NCBI GenBank assembly: GCA_964523425.1 | Contig: CAZFYY010000002.1 | Span: forward strand, 1-61,042 | DNA length: 61,042 nucleotides | Reading direction: 5' to 3' | Origin: an uncultured Gammaproteobacteria bacterium | Lineage (GTDB): Bacteria > Patescibacteriota > Patescibacteriia > Patescibacteriales > Patescibacteriaceae | In this document: piece after piece, positions 37,241-45,929 of the stretch | How positions within the stretch are numbered: position 1 is the first letter of the stretch | How the letters are laid out: every line of letters starts with the position of its first letter | Program-made: the position numbers and the translations under genes | Notes under the pieces: model-generated | The model's database searches: none | What the model was told of the DNA's origin: nothing | Seen by the model: only the letters and a program-made list of their open reading frames with translations

Positions 37241-37957
37241 TCAGCGGCTCTTCTTTAATAAGTAATATTTCCTTTGTTTTTCCGGCAATCTTTCTATGGC
37301 ATACCTGAGCATTGTCCGAGGCATCGTGGCGGCGTGAATGTCGAGAAAGCCCAGCAGGTCTTTTTCGGAAACACGTTTGCCGAGCTCACGCAGCATCCAG
37401 CCGACCGCCTTGTGCATGAGGTCATGCCTATCGTTCAACAATACTTTGGCAAGGCGCAGGGCTGGCCGGCCATCGCCATGATTAATGAAGGCGAAGGTAG
37501 CGAGAACGGCGATGCGCCGTTCCCAGAGATTCTTAGAGAGAACTAATTTGTCGAGCAATGTAAGCGGTTGGCCGGAAAGATAGAGATATTCGCCGACGAT
37601 TTTATGAGCTGATAAATCGACGAGATCCCAATTGTTGATACGCGCCGTTTGCTTTAAGTAAAAATTAAAAATTTGTTTCTGTTCTGCTGGCGCCGCTTTC
37701 TTAAAACGGGCGACGAGAATAAGGAGAGCGATAAGGCGCTCTTCGTGAATTTGCGAGTCTAGAAGTTTTTTAATGTCGGCCAGCGGCAATGAAAAAAATT
37801 CTTTGGCGATTTCCCGGCACATCGGCACGGTCAGGCCGGCAAAGACATCGCCTTCGCCGTATTGGCCTGGCCCGGTCTTGAAATAACGCGCGCAGTTGGC
37901 GGCGCGCGTTTTATTGGATAAGCGTTTAACTGCTAGAGAAAGAGTAGCGGCAGTCAT
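37241..37957 (-). CDS. AlkD-like DNA alkylation repair protein
   Basis: YFKTGPGQYGEGD, HEERL, INNWDLVD, WERR, HKAVGWMLRE. Confidence 0.9.
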   Translation of the reverse strand: MTAATLSLAVKRLSNKTRAANCARYFKTGPGQYGEGDVFAGLTVPMCREIAKEFFSLPLADIKKLLDSQIHEERLIALLILVARFKKAAPAEQKQIFNFYLKQTARINNWDLVDLSAHKIVGEYLYLSGQPLTLLDKLVLSKNLWERRIAVLATFAFINHGDGRPALRLAKVLLNDRHDLMHKAVGWMLRELGKRVSEKDLLGFLDIHAATMPRTMLRYAIERLPEKQRKYYLLKKSR

Positions 37958-37972
37958 GGCCGAAGAGAGATA

Positions 37973-38677
37973 TTAGCGCTTGACGGTTAGGGCGACGGCG
38001 CGAGACTGTTCGACCGTTCCGTCGCCAATCGGGTGGATCACCAGAATGGCGCGTTGGTTGGCGGTGCTGAGATCGACGACAAAGAAGACGGCTTCGCTCT
38101 TAGTATTAAAAGCTTCCGGACCGATCGCCTTCTCTTCTTTCTGAAGAGTGAGGGTGTAGGCGGAGAGGCCAGATGTGAGCGCGAGCGGTTTGCTGGAGAG
38201 TTTTTTTGGACAGCTGACTGATACGCCGCCGCCGTCGGCATCGCACAACAGTTTTACTTTCTGGAAAATAAAGTCATCCATCCCCATTTTCTTTTCCGCG
38301 GCATTGGCGGCACTAATGGCGCGCAGGGCAACTTTACCGTCAACGGTTTCCGTATCACCGCTGCCGCTAATCAGGCCAATACTAGCGTTCTCCGGATTAT
38401 AGACTTTTAGCTGAAGGCTTGCCGGATATGTCAGGCTGTAGCCGAAATTAGTGTTTGTGTAATTGTCGTCAGCGGAAGCGACCGGTGCCTCTGGCTGCGT
38501 CGTCGGCGTCTTTTCTGGGGATGGAGTTGAGACAGGAGGCGTAGCGTTTTCCAGGGCGGCAATACGTTTCTCAAGACGGGCGGTAACGGAATAATGGTAG
38601 ATGCTGCCGAGCACAAGCACAACAACGAGTACAAGGGCCCAGGCAAGATGATGACGGCGATGGAGAAGGTGCGACAT
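37973..38677 (-). CDS. Membrane-anchored secreted hypothetical protein
   Basis: N-terminal TM, Pro/Thr linker, YTNTNFGYSLTYP (PsbP-like start), one Cys pair. Confidence 0.7.
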   Translation of the reverse strand: MSHLLHRRHHLAWALVLVVVLVLGSIYHYSVTARLEKRIAALENATPPVSTPSPEKTPTTQPEAPVASADDNYTNTNFGYSLTYPASLQLKVYNPENASIGLISGSGDTETVDGKVALRAISAANAAEKKMGMDDFIFQKVKLLCDADGGGVSVSCPKKLSSKPLALTSGLSAYTLTLQKEEKAIGPEAFNTKSEAVFFVVDLSTANQRAILVIHPIGDGTVEQSRAVALTVKR

Positions 38678-38787
38678 AGGAATGTATGTGATTAATAGTC
38701 CCTTAATAATAGCACTTTGCCGATGACGCTAATAGTGGGAGGTTTCCTAAAGATATTCTGGCTGTGCGGAGGGGTGCAAGCTTATTA

Positions 38788-38816
38788 TTGACTTTTTGTT
38801 AATTATGTGTTATTTT
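38788..38816 (+). promoter_or_regulatory. sigma70 promoter of orphan gene
   Basis: TTGACT-17 nt-TATTTT with extended TG. Confidence 0.65.
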
Positions 38817-38852
38817 GCAGGGAGAAACAAGAACATTTAAAAAAATATAACA

Positions 38853-39383
38853 ATGCAAGAAAAAGACACCGTAAAACAGGAAGTTATACACAATAACCAA
38901 ACAACTGATAAGAGAAACATTAGTATTCTTTTTGAGGGACAGCTTCTGCATTATAAGCACCCGGTTTTTCGCGGACTCTTTCTAACAGGGCTTACGCTGC
39001 CAATCCTTGAGACAATAACCGATCTAGCGAGACAGCCTGTTGGAATCGAAGATATTGCTGCCTATTTTGTTTCCCAGGAAATGATTGGCAATGCCAATCC
39101 TGACTCATTGCGCAAGTTATGGCAGTGTTTTAGAAAGTATGGCATGGAATACGAAAGGTTTGATAAGCTTGTGCAGTATGGCTTTGTTCGCGCGGCTGAT
39201 AAAGCGGTTAAAGTGGGCATGTTTCCCGAGATGCTGAATAAGGTCCGTGAAAAGGCGAATGAATGGGAAGTGGTAGAGAATGAAATATTTGAATGGATTG
39301 ATAATTTATCTACGGTCACAAATGTTAGTGACGATGAGGATGGAATGAACTTTCTGTCTGTTCCGGCCACGAAGGCTAGTTAG
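38853..39383 (+). CDS. Hypothetical protein
   Basis: 176-aa ORF with own promoter and a terminator at about 39397-39427. Confidence 0.65.
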   Translation: MQEKDTVKQEVIHNNQTTDKRNISILFEGQLLHYKHPVFRGLFLTGLTLPILETITDLARQPVGIEDIAAYFVSQEMIGNANPDSLRKLWQCFRKYGMEYERFDKLVQYGFVRAADKAVKVGMFPEMLNKVREKANEWEVVENEIFEWIDNLSTVTNVSDDEDGMNFLSVPATKAS

Positions 39384-39427
39384 AATTTTTAATAATAAAC
39401 CTCGCTACATATGTGGCGAGGATTTTT

Positions 39428-40558
39428 TTACTTAAAAGGAAATTCTTCAATCAAGTCCCCTGAATAATAGAATTCATAGGCGAGCGATCCGAAAAAATAT
39501 TTTTCGCCGTTAATATGGATAGTTGATCCGCCGACGGCCGGATCCTTTTTGGGGTGTGAATTGTTGAAACCGATATTAAAGAGCGTCGCCACAACTTCCG
39601 GCCGATAGCTAATTGGGTAGCCGGCCTTTTCCCATTGCGATTCAAACTGCCGCAGTATGAGCGCGCCGTAGAGATATGAATAATAATGATCGCGTTCGTC
39701 CGTCAGGCGATGATAGCGTTCCTGGCTTTTATCGCTGCCGGCCGGAAAGTCAAGCAGACCCGAAGCCTTATTCCCTAAAAAATAAGGTGAACGGCTGTCA
39801 TGCAGATGACCCTCTGTTTCAATGGCCATCTTCTCTTTTATTGACATTACGCCCCAGGCCATTTTGTTGGCGTTGGCAAGTATTTCCAGCGGCTTGAAAA
39901 TCTTTTCAAATAATTCGCGTTGCGTGTAATAGAGGCGCAGTTGTTCCACGATAACGACTGAGACAAGCAGTCTGGGTTGCACGCCGGCTGCTGCCGCTGC
40001 CCGTTCGATGGCAGGTTTGTCTTTAAGGAGACCGCGGCGGATGATGCTCCAGGGTTCATAATTTTGCCAGGAATACAGATTTGCTCCTTGTGGCGAGGCA
40101 AGCCGTTCATTGAGGGTGGCCAGGCTGGGCGCGACTGCTCCGGGTTTTTCGCAGTCAGCAAGTTTTTTCAAAAAGGCTGACTGATTGCCGCTGCGAAAAC
40201 TGAGAGCTAATAACATCCGTCGTAAGAGGGTTTCTGAGCGCGTCGTCCGGAAGGCACGCAAAATAGATGAGGCGTTATAGGGACTAAGATCGGCGGCCAA
40301 GGCAATTTTACACCAGGCCGCACCTTCATTCTCGCCATAGATGGAGGTATTGCGCGGGAGGGATGGCATGGTCGCTTCAGGAGCGGCATCGGGTACAGCA
40401 GCCGCTTCGGCATTATAGAGAGCGGAGTTAGGGTCGCTTTCACCTTCAACTTTAGTCCAGCCAAAGCGAACGGCAAAAAAGCCTGATGCCAGCACTAATA
40501 AGGCAGCGATAATCAGGAAACTTATGAGCCAAGCGGCTATTTTCCAATGACGTTTCAT
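39428..40558 (-). CDS. Membrane-anchored protein with lytic transglycosylase/lysozyme-like C-terminal domain
   Basis: AIERAAAAAGVQPRLLVSVVIVE (catalytic Glu position), GVMSIK (GLMQ-like), ATLFNIG (AYNAG-like). Confidence 0.55.
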   Translation of the reverse strand: MKRHWKIAAWLISFLIIAALLVLASGFFAVRFGWTKVEGESDPNSALYNAEAAAVPDAAPEATMPSLPRNTSIYGENEGAAWCKIALAADLSPYNASSILRAFRTTRSETLLRRMLLALSFRSGNQSAFLKKLADCEKPGAVAPSLATLNERLASPQGANLYSWQNYEPWSIIRRGLLKDKPAIERAAAAAGVQPRLLVSVVIVEQLRLYYTQRELFEKIFKPLEILANANKMAWGVMSIKEKMAIETEGHLHDSRSPYFLGNKASGLLDFPAGSDKSQERYHRLTDERDHYYSYLYGALILRQFESQWEKAGYPISYRPEVVATLFNIGFNNSHPKKDPAVGGSTIHINGEKYFFGSLAYEFYYSGDLIEEFPFK

Positions 40559-40582
40559 GACCTTAGTATACCATGGCGAGTA

Positions 40583-41359
40583 TTAAGACCGATCAGAAGG
40601 GAGGGGTGAATATACATACAATACAAAGAACAGTACGGCGATGACGGCCACATACGGAATGTCGCCGAGCCATGGGAAAATAATTCTTAGTCCGAAGCGG
40701 ACAAAAGCGATAAGGACAGCGGCTAGCCAGGCTGCACTAATTTTTCTTTCGCGGACAAGCAGGGCGACGACTAATGAGGCAAAGGCAAAATCGCCGAGCC
40801 CTAGTGAATAATCGCCAACACTGATAATGCCGTTAAGAAAAAGAGCGGAATCATCAAACGCGGGCGTGATTCGCGAGAGCCAGACGGAATATATGTCAGC
40901 CAGCGCTCCGAGGCCGATGGCTACTAAGAGATATGGAGTGGAGAATTTCAGGCGCTGAACGAGTGACGGTCCAACCCAGAGCAGGCTGATGGCCATAAGT
41001 AGATTCTGGCTCCATGGACCAGTGGTGGTGAAGAATAGCAGGCAGATACCCAGGCCGCTGACGAGAAGTAGGCGGCGCACGAAGGGTTTGTCCGAAAGCA
41101 CAATGGCATTAAGAAAGATTCCGCTAAGAAAAAGCAGGTAGTACAAAATCTGCAGCCAGGGCGCGGTGCCGAAGTTCACTATGATAAAGGAAGCAGCCGC
41201 AAAAAGGGCGCTTATGCTCAGGACGAGGCCATAAAATAAAGAGGGCGAGAGTTTGATGGGCTTAGCCTGAAATGAAAATGGCTTGAGCGAAATTGAAAAC
41301 GAGATAACGCCTACAAGAAAAATAAAGAGAAGAAGCGAGAGAACAAGAGAAGTTGCCAT
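40583..41359 (-). CDS. GxGD intramembrane aspartyl protease, presenilin/SPP (A22)-like
   Basis: About 9 TMs; ADIYSVW and LGLGDF in adjacent TMs; start set at ATG 41359. Confidence 0.6.
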   Translation of the reverse strand: MATSLVLSLLLFIFLVGVISFSISLKPFSFQAKPIKLSPSLFYGLVLSISALFAAASFIIVNFGTAPWLQILYYLLFLSGIFLNAIVLSDKPFVRRLLLVSGLGICLLFFTTTGPWSQNLLMAISLLWVGPSLVQRLKFSTPYLLVAIGLGALADIYSVWLSRITPAFDDSALFLNGIISVGDYSLGLGDFAFASLVVALLVRERKISAAWLAAVLIAFVRFGLRIIFPWLGDIPYVAVIAVLFFVLYVYSPLPSDRS

Positions 41360-41366
41360 ACCAGGA

Positions 41367-41918
41367 CTAGCGCCGTAGTTCTGTCTTTTTTGACCACAGT
41401 CCGCCCGCGAGTAGAAGAAGTGAAGCAATCCAGCCAAAGACAATAAAGCCTGACAATTGACCGATGCGATTCTCGGTTTCACGCAGTGAGCGTCCGGAGA
41501 CGGCAAAGCCTTTGGCGCCCGCTTTCGTAATAACTAGTGCCTGACGCAGGCCGGGGCGCGGTTGCCAGGTAATGCGGTTTTGACCCTTCTCGCCGGCGGT
41601 CGTCAGGACGCCGAGTGGTAGAGCCGGCAACATGGAATCAAGATAGCCATTGCCGCTGATTGGCTGGCCATCAGTTGAATATAAAACGACATATGGAGCC
41701 AGGCTCGTCGCAACATCGATACTTCCGTTAGTAAGCGGCTGAGCCGCTTCAGCTGAAATTTCTAGTTTCTGAGCGGCGTCTTCGGACAGTTGGATTTGCG
41801 GATCATCGGCTGATTGTCGAAGGATATAGTGGCCGCAGCCATACATAGTTCCAAGCAACAGGGTAAGCAGCACGGCTGGGATAGCGAGTCCGGTCAATGA
41901 TCGGTAAGAGAGTGACAT
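41367..41918 (-). CDS. Two-TM protein with periplasmic sensor-like domain, no output domain
   Basis: LRQSADDPQIQL, SLAPYVVLY, TWQPRPGLRQA, GRSLRE; start set at ATG 41918. Confidence 0.65.
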   Translation of the reverse strand: MSLSYRSLTGLAIPAVLLTLLLGTMYGCGHYILRQSADDPQIQLSEDAAQKLEISAEAAQPLTNGSIDVATSLAPYVVLYSTDGQPISGNGYLDSMLPALPLGVLTTAGEKGQNRITWQPRPGLRQALVITKAGAKGFAVSGRSLRETENRIGQLSGFIVFGWIASLLLLAGGLWSKKTELRR

Positions 41919-42003
41919 ATATATCATGTATGAGTAATAACTATAGTATATCACCGCTATAAAAAAATAACCCGTTTGGGTTATTTTTTTGAGTAGCCTG
42001 AAT

Positions 42004-42318
42004 TTAGGTAATCTTTTTATTTCGCCAGAGCTTATGGAGGATGACGCAGGGTTCGATAATATCCGGGTTAACGATTGTATAATAGACATTTAAGCCTTGT
42101 TTGCGGGCCCGGACGAGGCGGCTGTGCCGAAGCAGAGCCAGATGCTGAGAAAGATTTGCTTTTGGCAGTCGAGTAATCTTTAGCAGCTGCTCGACGGAAA
42201 GCTCGCGGTGCTTAATGTTATTCAAAATCTCCAGCCGTTTTTCATTGGCCAGGATTTTATATAATTTTGCGTTCTGCTCGAAAGCAATTTTTGGCAGGAC
42301 GGCAGTTAATTTAGACAT
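42004..42318 (-). CDS. ArsR/SmtB family transcriptional regulator
   Basis: YKILANEKRLEIL, ANLSQHLALLR, RKQGLNVYY; start set at ATG 42318. Confidence 0.9.
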   Translation of the reverse strand: MSKLTAVLPKIAFEQNAKLYKILANEKRLEILNNIKHRELSVEQLLKITRLPKANLSQHLALLRHSRLVRARKQGLNVYYTIVNPDIIEPCVILHKLWRNKKIT

Positions 42319-42349
42319 ACGGCTATAGTATACCCGGCAAGACGAAAAA

Positions 42350-42913
42350 TCAACTGTACTGCGGCGGAGTTTCGATGATGCCATGGGACTGATTGGCGTA
42401 CCGGACAAGGACGTATAAAAGACTGGAAAGCCGGTTCAGATAGGCGGCGGCCGGTGCTAATCCGGGGATGATGCGCGTGTCGGCAATGTTCCATAGCAGG
42501 CGTTCGGCGTGGCGGGCGACCGTGCGGGCAATATCGAGCTGGGCGCTCAGTCGGCAGCCGCCGGGCAAATAAAAGCTATTGGGCAGCGGCAGGGTTTTGC
42601 CAAGCTGCTCTATGGTTTTTTCTTGCGTTTCGATGTGCTCAAGGCTGACGTGCTTGGCGGCTCCGGCCACTTGTGCCTGAAGCGTGAAGAGGACATGTTG
42701 GGCTTGTTCCAGGGGTTCGGCGATACGTTCTGTCTGTTCTTCTGACTGGCCGGGAATTTTTGCTTCCGCCCGGCACAGTCCAAGCCAGGCATTCAATTCG
42801 TCGAGAGTGCCAAGCAATTCAAAAATAGGGTCCTGTTTAGGAACACGCACGCCGCTGCCAAACAAACAGGATCGGCCGTCATCGCCCCGACCAGTATAGA
42901 AGGGGGCTAGCAT
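42350..42913 (-). CDS. pduO: ATP:cob(I)alamin adenosyltransferase, PduO type
   Basis: YTGRGDDG, GTLDELNAWLG, ARTVARHAER, YLNRLS. Confidence 0.92.
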   Translation of the reverse strand: MLAPFYTGRGDDGRSCLFGSGVRVPKQDPIFELLGTLDELNAWLGLCRAEAKIPGQSEEQTERIAEPLEQAQHVLFTLQAQVAGAAKHVSLEHIETQEKTIEQLGKTLPLPNSFYLPGGCRLSAQLDIARTVARHAERLLWNIADTRIIPGLAPAAAYLNRLSSLLYVLVRYANQSHGIIETPPQYS

Positions 42914-42914
42914 A

Positions 42915-45215
42915 TTACAATTCGCAGCTGCCGCCCATGCAGGCCAGCTCGCGTTTCATCTCCGTCTCATCTTCGGCTTCATAACTGACGATTTTGGCGA
43001 AGTCGATATTCTCAAAGTTCTTCTTGAGCGCCTGGTAACGGGCCGCGTTTATTTCTTCATATGGGGCGAGTTGATAGACGTGGTTGGAGCGAGGCAGGAA
43101 TGACAAGCCGCCGACGATGTCCCAGTTTTCGTAGACCCAGTTGGCGACGCTAATCCATTCGTCTTCTCCGACAGAAACCGTAACGGACGGGTTGTGTTCG
43201 GTATATGAGAGCTTAACTTCTTTCCAGTAGGCGAGAAGTTCGAGAGCGGACAGCTTATTTTTATAGATTGAACCCTCGGGTGATTTTACCGGGAATTCAA
43301 AGACGAAGGTGGTGGCGCTGTCGGCTGACTGGCCGACTTCCGGAAGAGTGGGGACGCCTTGGTCGCGCAGCATCTTATAGAGCGCGTCGGTCGCTGAGAT
43401 GCGAATGCGGCGGATATAATACGGCGCATGTCGCGGATGCATGCCCGAAGCGCAATCGACCAGCTGGGAGACGGTGCCGGAGGGCTTAACGCAGGTGACA
43501 CAGGTTGAAGCGTTGATGCCGAAGCGTTTGGCATAGAGCACGCTGGCCTGAAGCGCGGCTTTTTTTAATGCAGCCAAGATGGCAGGCTGACGGACGAGCG
43601 GGCAGTCCCATTGGCCGGTGATGGAAACGCCGAGTAGGCGTTCCGCCTCACAGTTCTCTTTCCATTCCTTGGAAAGATAGGGAAAGTCAGTCAGGGTGGA
43701 CTGGTACGCGCCGAGCAGGGCGGCTAATTTTGCCTTGCGGAGGAGGGTGGCTCGGGTATCGTTCGAGCGGGCGACAACCTCAGACAGATTACAGAACTGT
43801 TTAGATTGCAAAATTATTTCACCGCAGGGATTGGTTCCAATGAGGCCAATAATTGTTTTACCGGAGGCGTCAAACATGCCTTTTTTACGGCGCAAAAGTT
43901 TCAGGCGGCGTTCCGGAAGACTGCGGGCCAGCGAGCCGCGATTAAAAATCCCACGTTCGCCCGACCCTGATTTAGCAAGCGCCATCCACTCGTCCAAGAA
44001 TTCTTCACTGGTTGGCTTTCGGCCGTAGACGGCAGAGTTATTTGCTAATGACCGCTGCGGATCAGTCAGATAGAACTGGCCCTTTTTTGCGTCGCGAATA
44101 TCCTGGTCGTCAAGATCGGAAAGCGAAATCATGGCGCTGCGACGCACTCCGCCGGCCACGACGCAATCGCCGATTGTACAGATAATATCGTGCAGGTCGA
44201 TGTTGCGCAGTCGCTTGCCTTGTCGGCTAAGCATTTTGCGGCGAGTAAATTCGAGTAGGCGGCGAAGCGGTTCAGGACCGGAGCTTTTGCCGCCCATCGT
44301 TTTCAGACGGGCGCCGGCCGGACGCAGCTGCGAGAAATCAAAATCGATATCATGTCCGGCGGCCCAGGTCTTCATGCCGAGTACGAGAGCATCGGCCCAG
44401 CCTTCTTTGCTGTCAGCGATGACGTGAAGAGGAAGCGTATTTCCGTCTTGTGCTTCAATTTGCGGAAAGCGCTGGACATTCTGACTTTCGACTGACCAGC
44501 CAACGCCCGTGCCGCACATCGAGATGTACATAATTTCGGCAATGTCGCGGAAATTTTCCGGCGCGATGTAGGAGCAGTTATAGGCACACACATTGCTGGC
44601 ATTGGCGGCGCTGCCGGCAAACTGGAGAAGGCGCATCGAAGGCATAACTTCTTGCTTAAGGATTGCCTGACGCAGTTCGGCGTATTCGCTCGGTCGTAGC
44701 TTTTTACCAAGGCGCTCCCGCATAAAGTTTATGTAGCGGTCGACTGTCTCGATCCAGGTCTCGCGTCGACGTTCGGCGTCGATCCACCGGGCATAGGTGC
44801 GGTAGTAGACAAATTCCGCCAGCGGATTGCGGAAATACGTTTTGCTTTCTTCCGATAGCCGGCGCACGTGTTCAGGGATAGTGCCGCCCTGCCGCCTCGC
44901 TTCCTGCCTTTCCTGCCGGTAGATGATATAGGCCTTAGCGACTTTATGAAAACCCTGGTCCATGAGGGCCTCCTCGACTATGTCTTGAATAAGTTCGACT
45001 GTCGGTAGGAAGTCTTTGTTATGTGATACTTTTAGCAAATGGGCCAAATCACGTTCGACCTGTCGGGCGACTTTGAGCGGAAAGCCGTCAGCGGTTTCTT
45101 TTACGGCATTAAAGGCTTTGGCGACAGCCTGTTCAATTCGTCCAGCGTCAAAAGGAACAATCCGGCCGTCACGCTTGCGCAGTCGGGATGGAACGCTTGT
45201 GGGGTATTTTGTCAT
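42915..45215 (-). CDS. nrdJ: Class II (adenosylcobalamin-dependent) ribonucleotide reductase with N-terminal ATP cone
   Basis: KRDGRIVPFD ATP cone; YNCSY; TNPCGEI; CVKPSGT; C-terminal LACMGGSCEL. Confidence 0.92.
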   Translation of the reverse strand: MTKYPTSVPSRLRKRDGRIVPFDAGRIEQAVAKAFNAVKETADGFPLKVARQVERDLAHLLKVSHNKDFLPTVELIQDIVEEALMDQGFHKVAKAYIIYRQERQEARRQGGTIPEHVRRLSEESKTYFRNPLAEFVYYRTYARWIDAERRRETWIETVDRYINFMRERLGKKLRPSEYAELRQAILKQEVMPSMRLLQFAGSAANASNVCAYNCSYIAPENFRDIAEIMYISMCGTGVGWSVESQNVQRFPQIEAQDGNTLPLHVIADSKEGWADALVLGMKTWAAGHDIDFDFSQLRPAGARLKTMGGKSSGPEPLRRLLEFTRRKMLSRQGKRLRNIDLHDIICTIGDCVVAGGVRRSAMISLSDLDDQDIRDAKKGQFYLTDPQRSLANNSAVYGRKPTSEEFLDEWMALAKSGSGERGIFNRGSLARSLPERRLKLLRRKKGMFDASGKTIIGLIGTNPCGEIILQSKQFCNLSEVVARSNDTRATLLRKAKLAALLGAYQSTLTDFPYLSKEWKENCEAERLLGVSITGQWDCPLVRQPAILAALKKAALQASVLYAKRFGINASTCVTCVKPSGTVSQLVDCASGMHPRHAPYYIRRIRISATDALYKMLRDQGVPTLPEVGQSADSATTFVFEFPVKSPEGSIYKNKLSALELLAYWKEVKLSYTEHNPSVTVSVGEDEWISVANWVYENWDIVGGLSFLPRSNHVYQLAPYEEINAARYQALKKNFENIDFAKIVSYEAEDETEMKRELACMGGSCEL

Positions 45216-45769
45216 AGGGGTGCTTTAGTGCGAAAAATAAGCTGGCGGAGAGCGCCCGTTTCAAAACGAGGATTGGCAGCCACCCAGCGGAAAATAACCG
45301 GACTGACGATTGCCCCCAGGGCGATATTTCCGATGAGGTGATAAACCGTAAAAGGAATCTGTCCGAAGAAGGCTTCACTGAGGCTCTGTCCGAAAAAGAG
45401 CGGTCCGATGCTCAGGCCGGTAACAGCGTCGTACAGCAGGGTTGCATACACGGCGTGGACGGCGTATTGCAGGGCGGTACCGGAACGATGGCGGAAATAC
45501 CAGGCGGAAAAAATGGCAAGCAAGCCGTAGCATGCAGCCGTGATAAAGGTCCATTGTCCGAGTTTGCCCGTGACGGCATCAAACAGAACTATATTAACGA
45601 AGGCAAAGGCAAACCCAATGACGACGCCGAAGCGACGGGTAAAAGGCATCTGCACGGCGAGGATTGGTTCGAGGTTCGGCGGCCGAAATGGTATGGCGCG
45701 CAGGGCAAAGGACAGGGCCCAGCCCACGATTAGCTTGAACCAGCCGGAACGCACGGACGTGACAGACAT
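45212..45769 (-). CDS. ECF-type S component, probable cobalamin uptake
   Basis: 185 aa, 5-6 TMs, RAIPFRPPNLEP and QIPF...HLIGN motifs; stop overlaps the nrdJ ATG. Confidence 0.7.
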   Translation of the reverse strand: MSVTSVRSGWFKLIVGWALSFALRAIPFRPPNLEPILAVQMPFTRRFGVVIGFAFAFVNIVLFDAVTGKLGQWTFITAACYGLLAIFSAWYFRHRSGTALQYAVHAVYATLLYDAVTGLSIGPLFFGQSLSEAFFGQIPFTVYHLIGNIALGAIVSPVIFRWVAANPRFETGALRQLIFRTKAPL

Positions 45770-45881
45770 ATCGTTTTATGATAGTTTATTAATATCGAAA
45801 CAATGCAACTATTATACCAAGTCGACTGGTCCGCGTCGAGATGGTATTATCTCCAGTAAATTCAGCCTTTCTGGAAGATAT

Positions 45882-45929
45882 GCACAACATGTAGTGGTGC
45901 AAAAGATGTTTATCAACAACATATGGATT
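45882..45929. promoter_or_regulatory. Tandem NrdR-box candidates
   Basis: GCACAACATGTAGTGG (45882-45897) and CAACAACATATGGATT (45914-45929), 32 bp apart, upstream of the nrdJ operon. Confidence 0.7.

Noticed and set aside
42915-45215. Intein or intron in nrdJ
   Set aside because: Length and motif spacing are normal; no C...HN splice motifs or frame breaks.
45770-45922. Cobalamin riboswitch upstream of the B12 operon
   Set aside because: The region is only 153 nt, the likely leader is short, and I found no B12-box or GGGAA core motifs.
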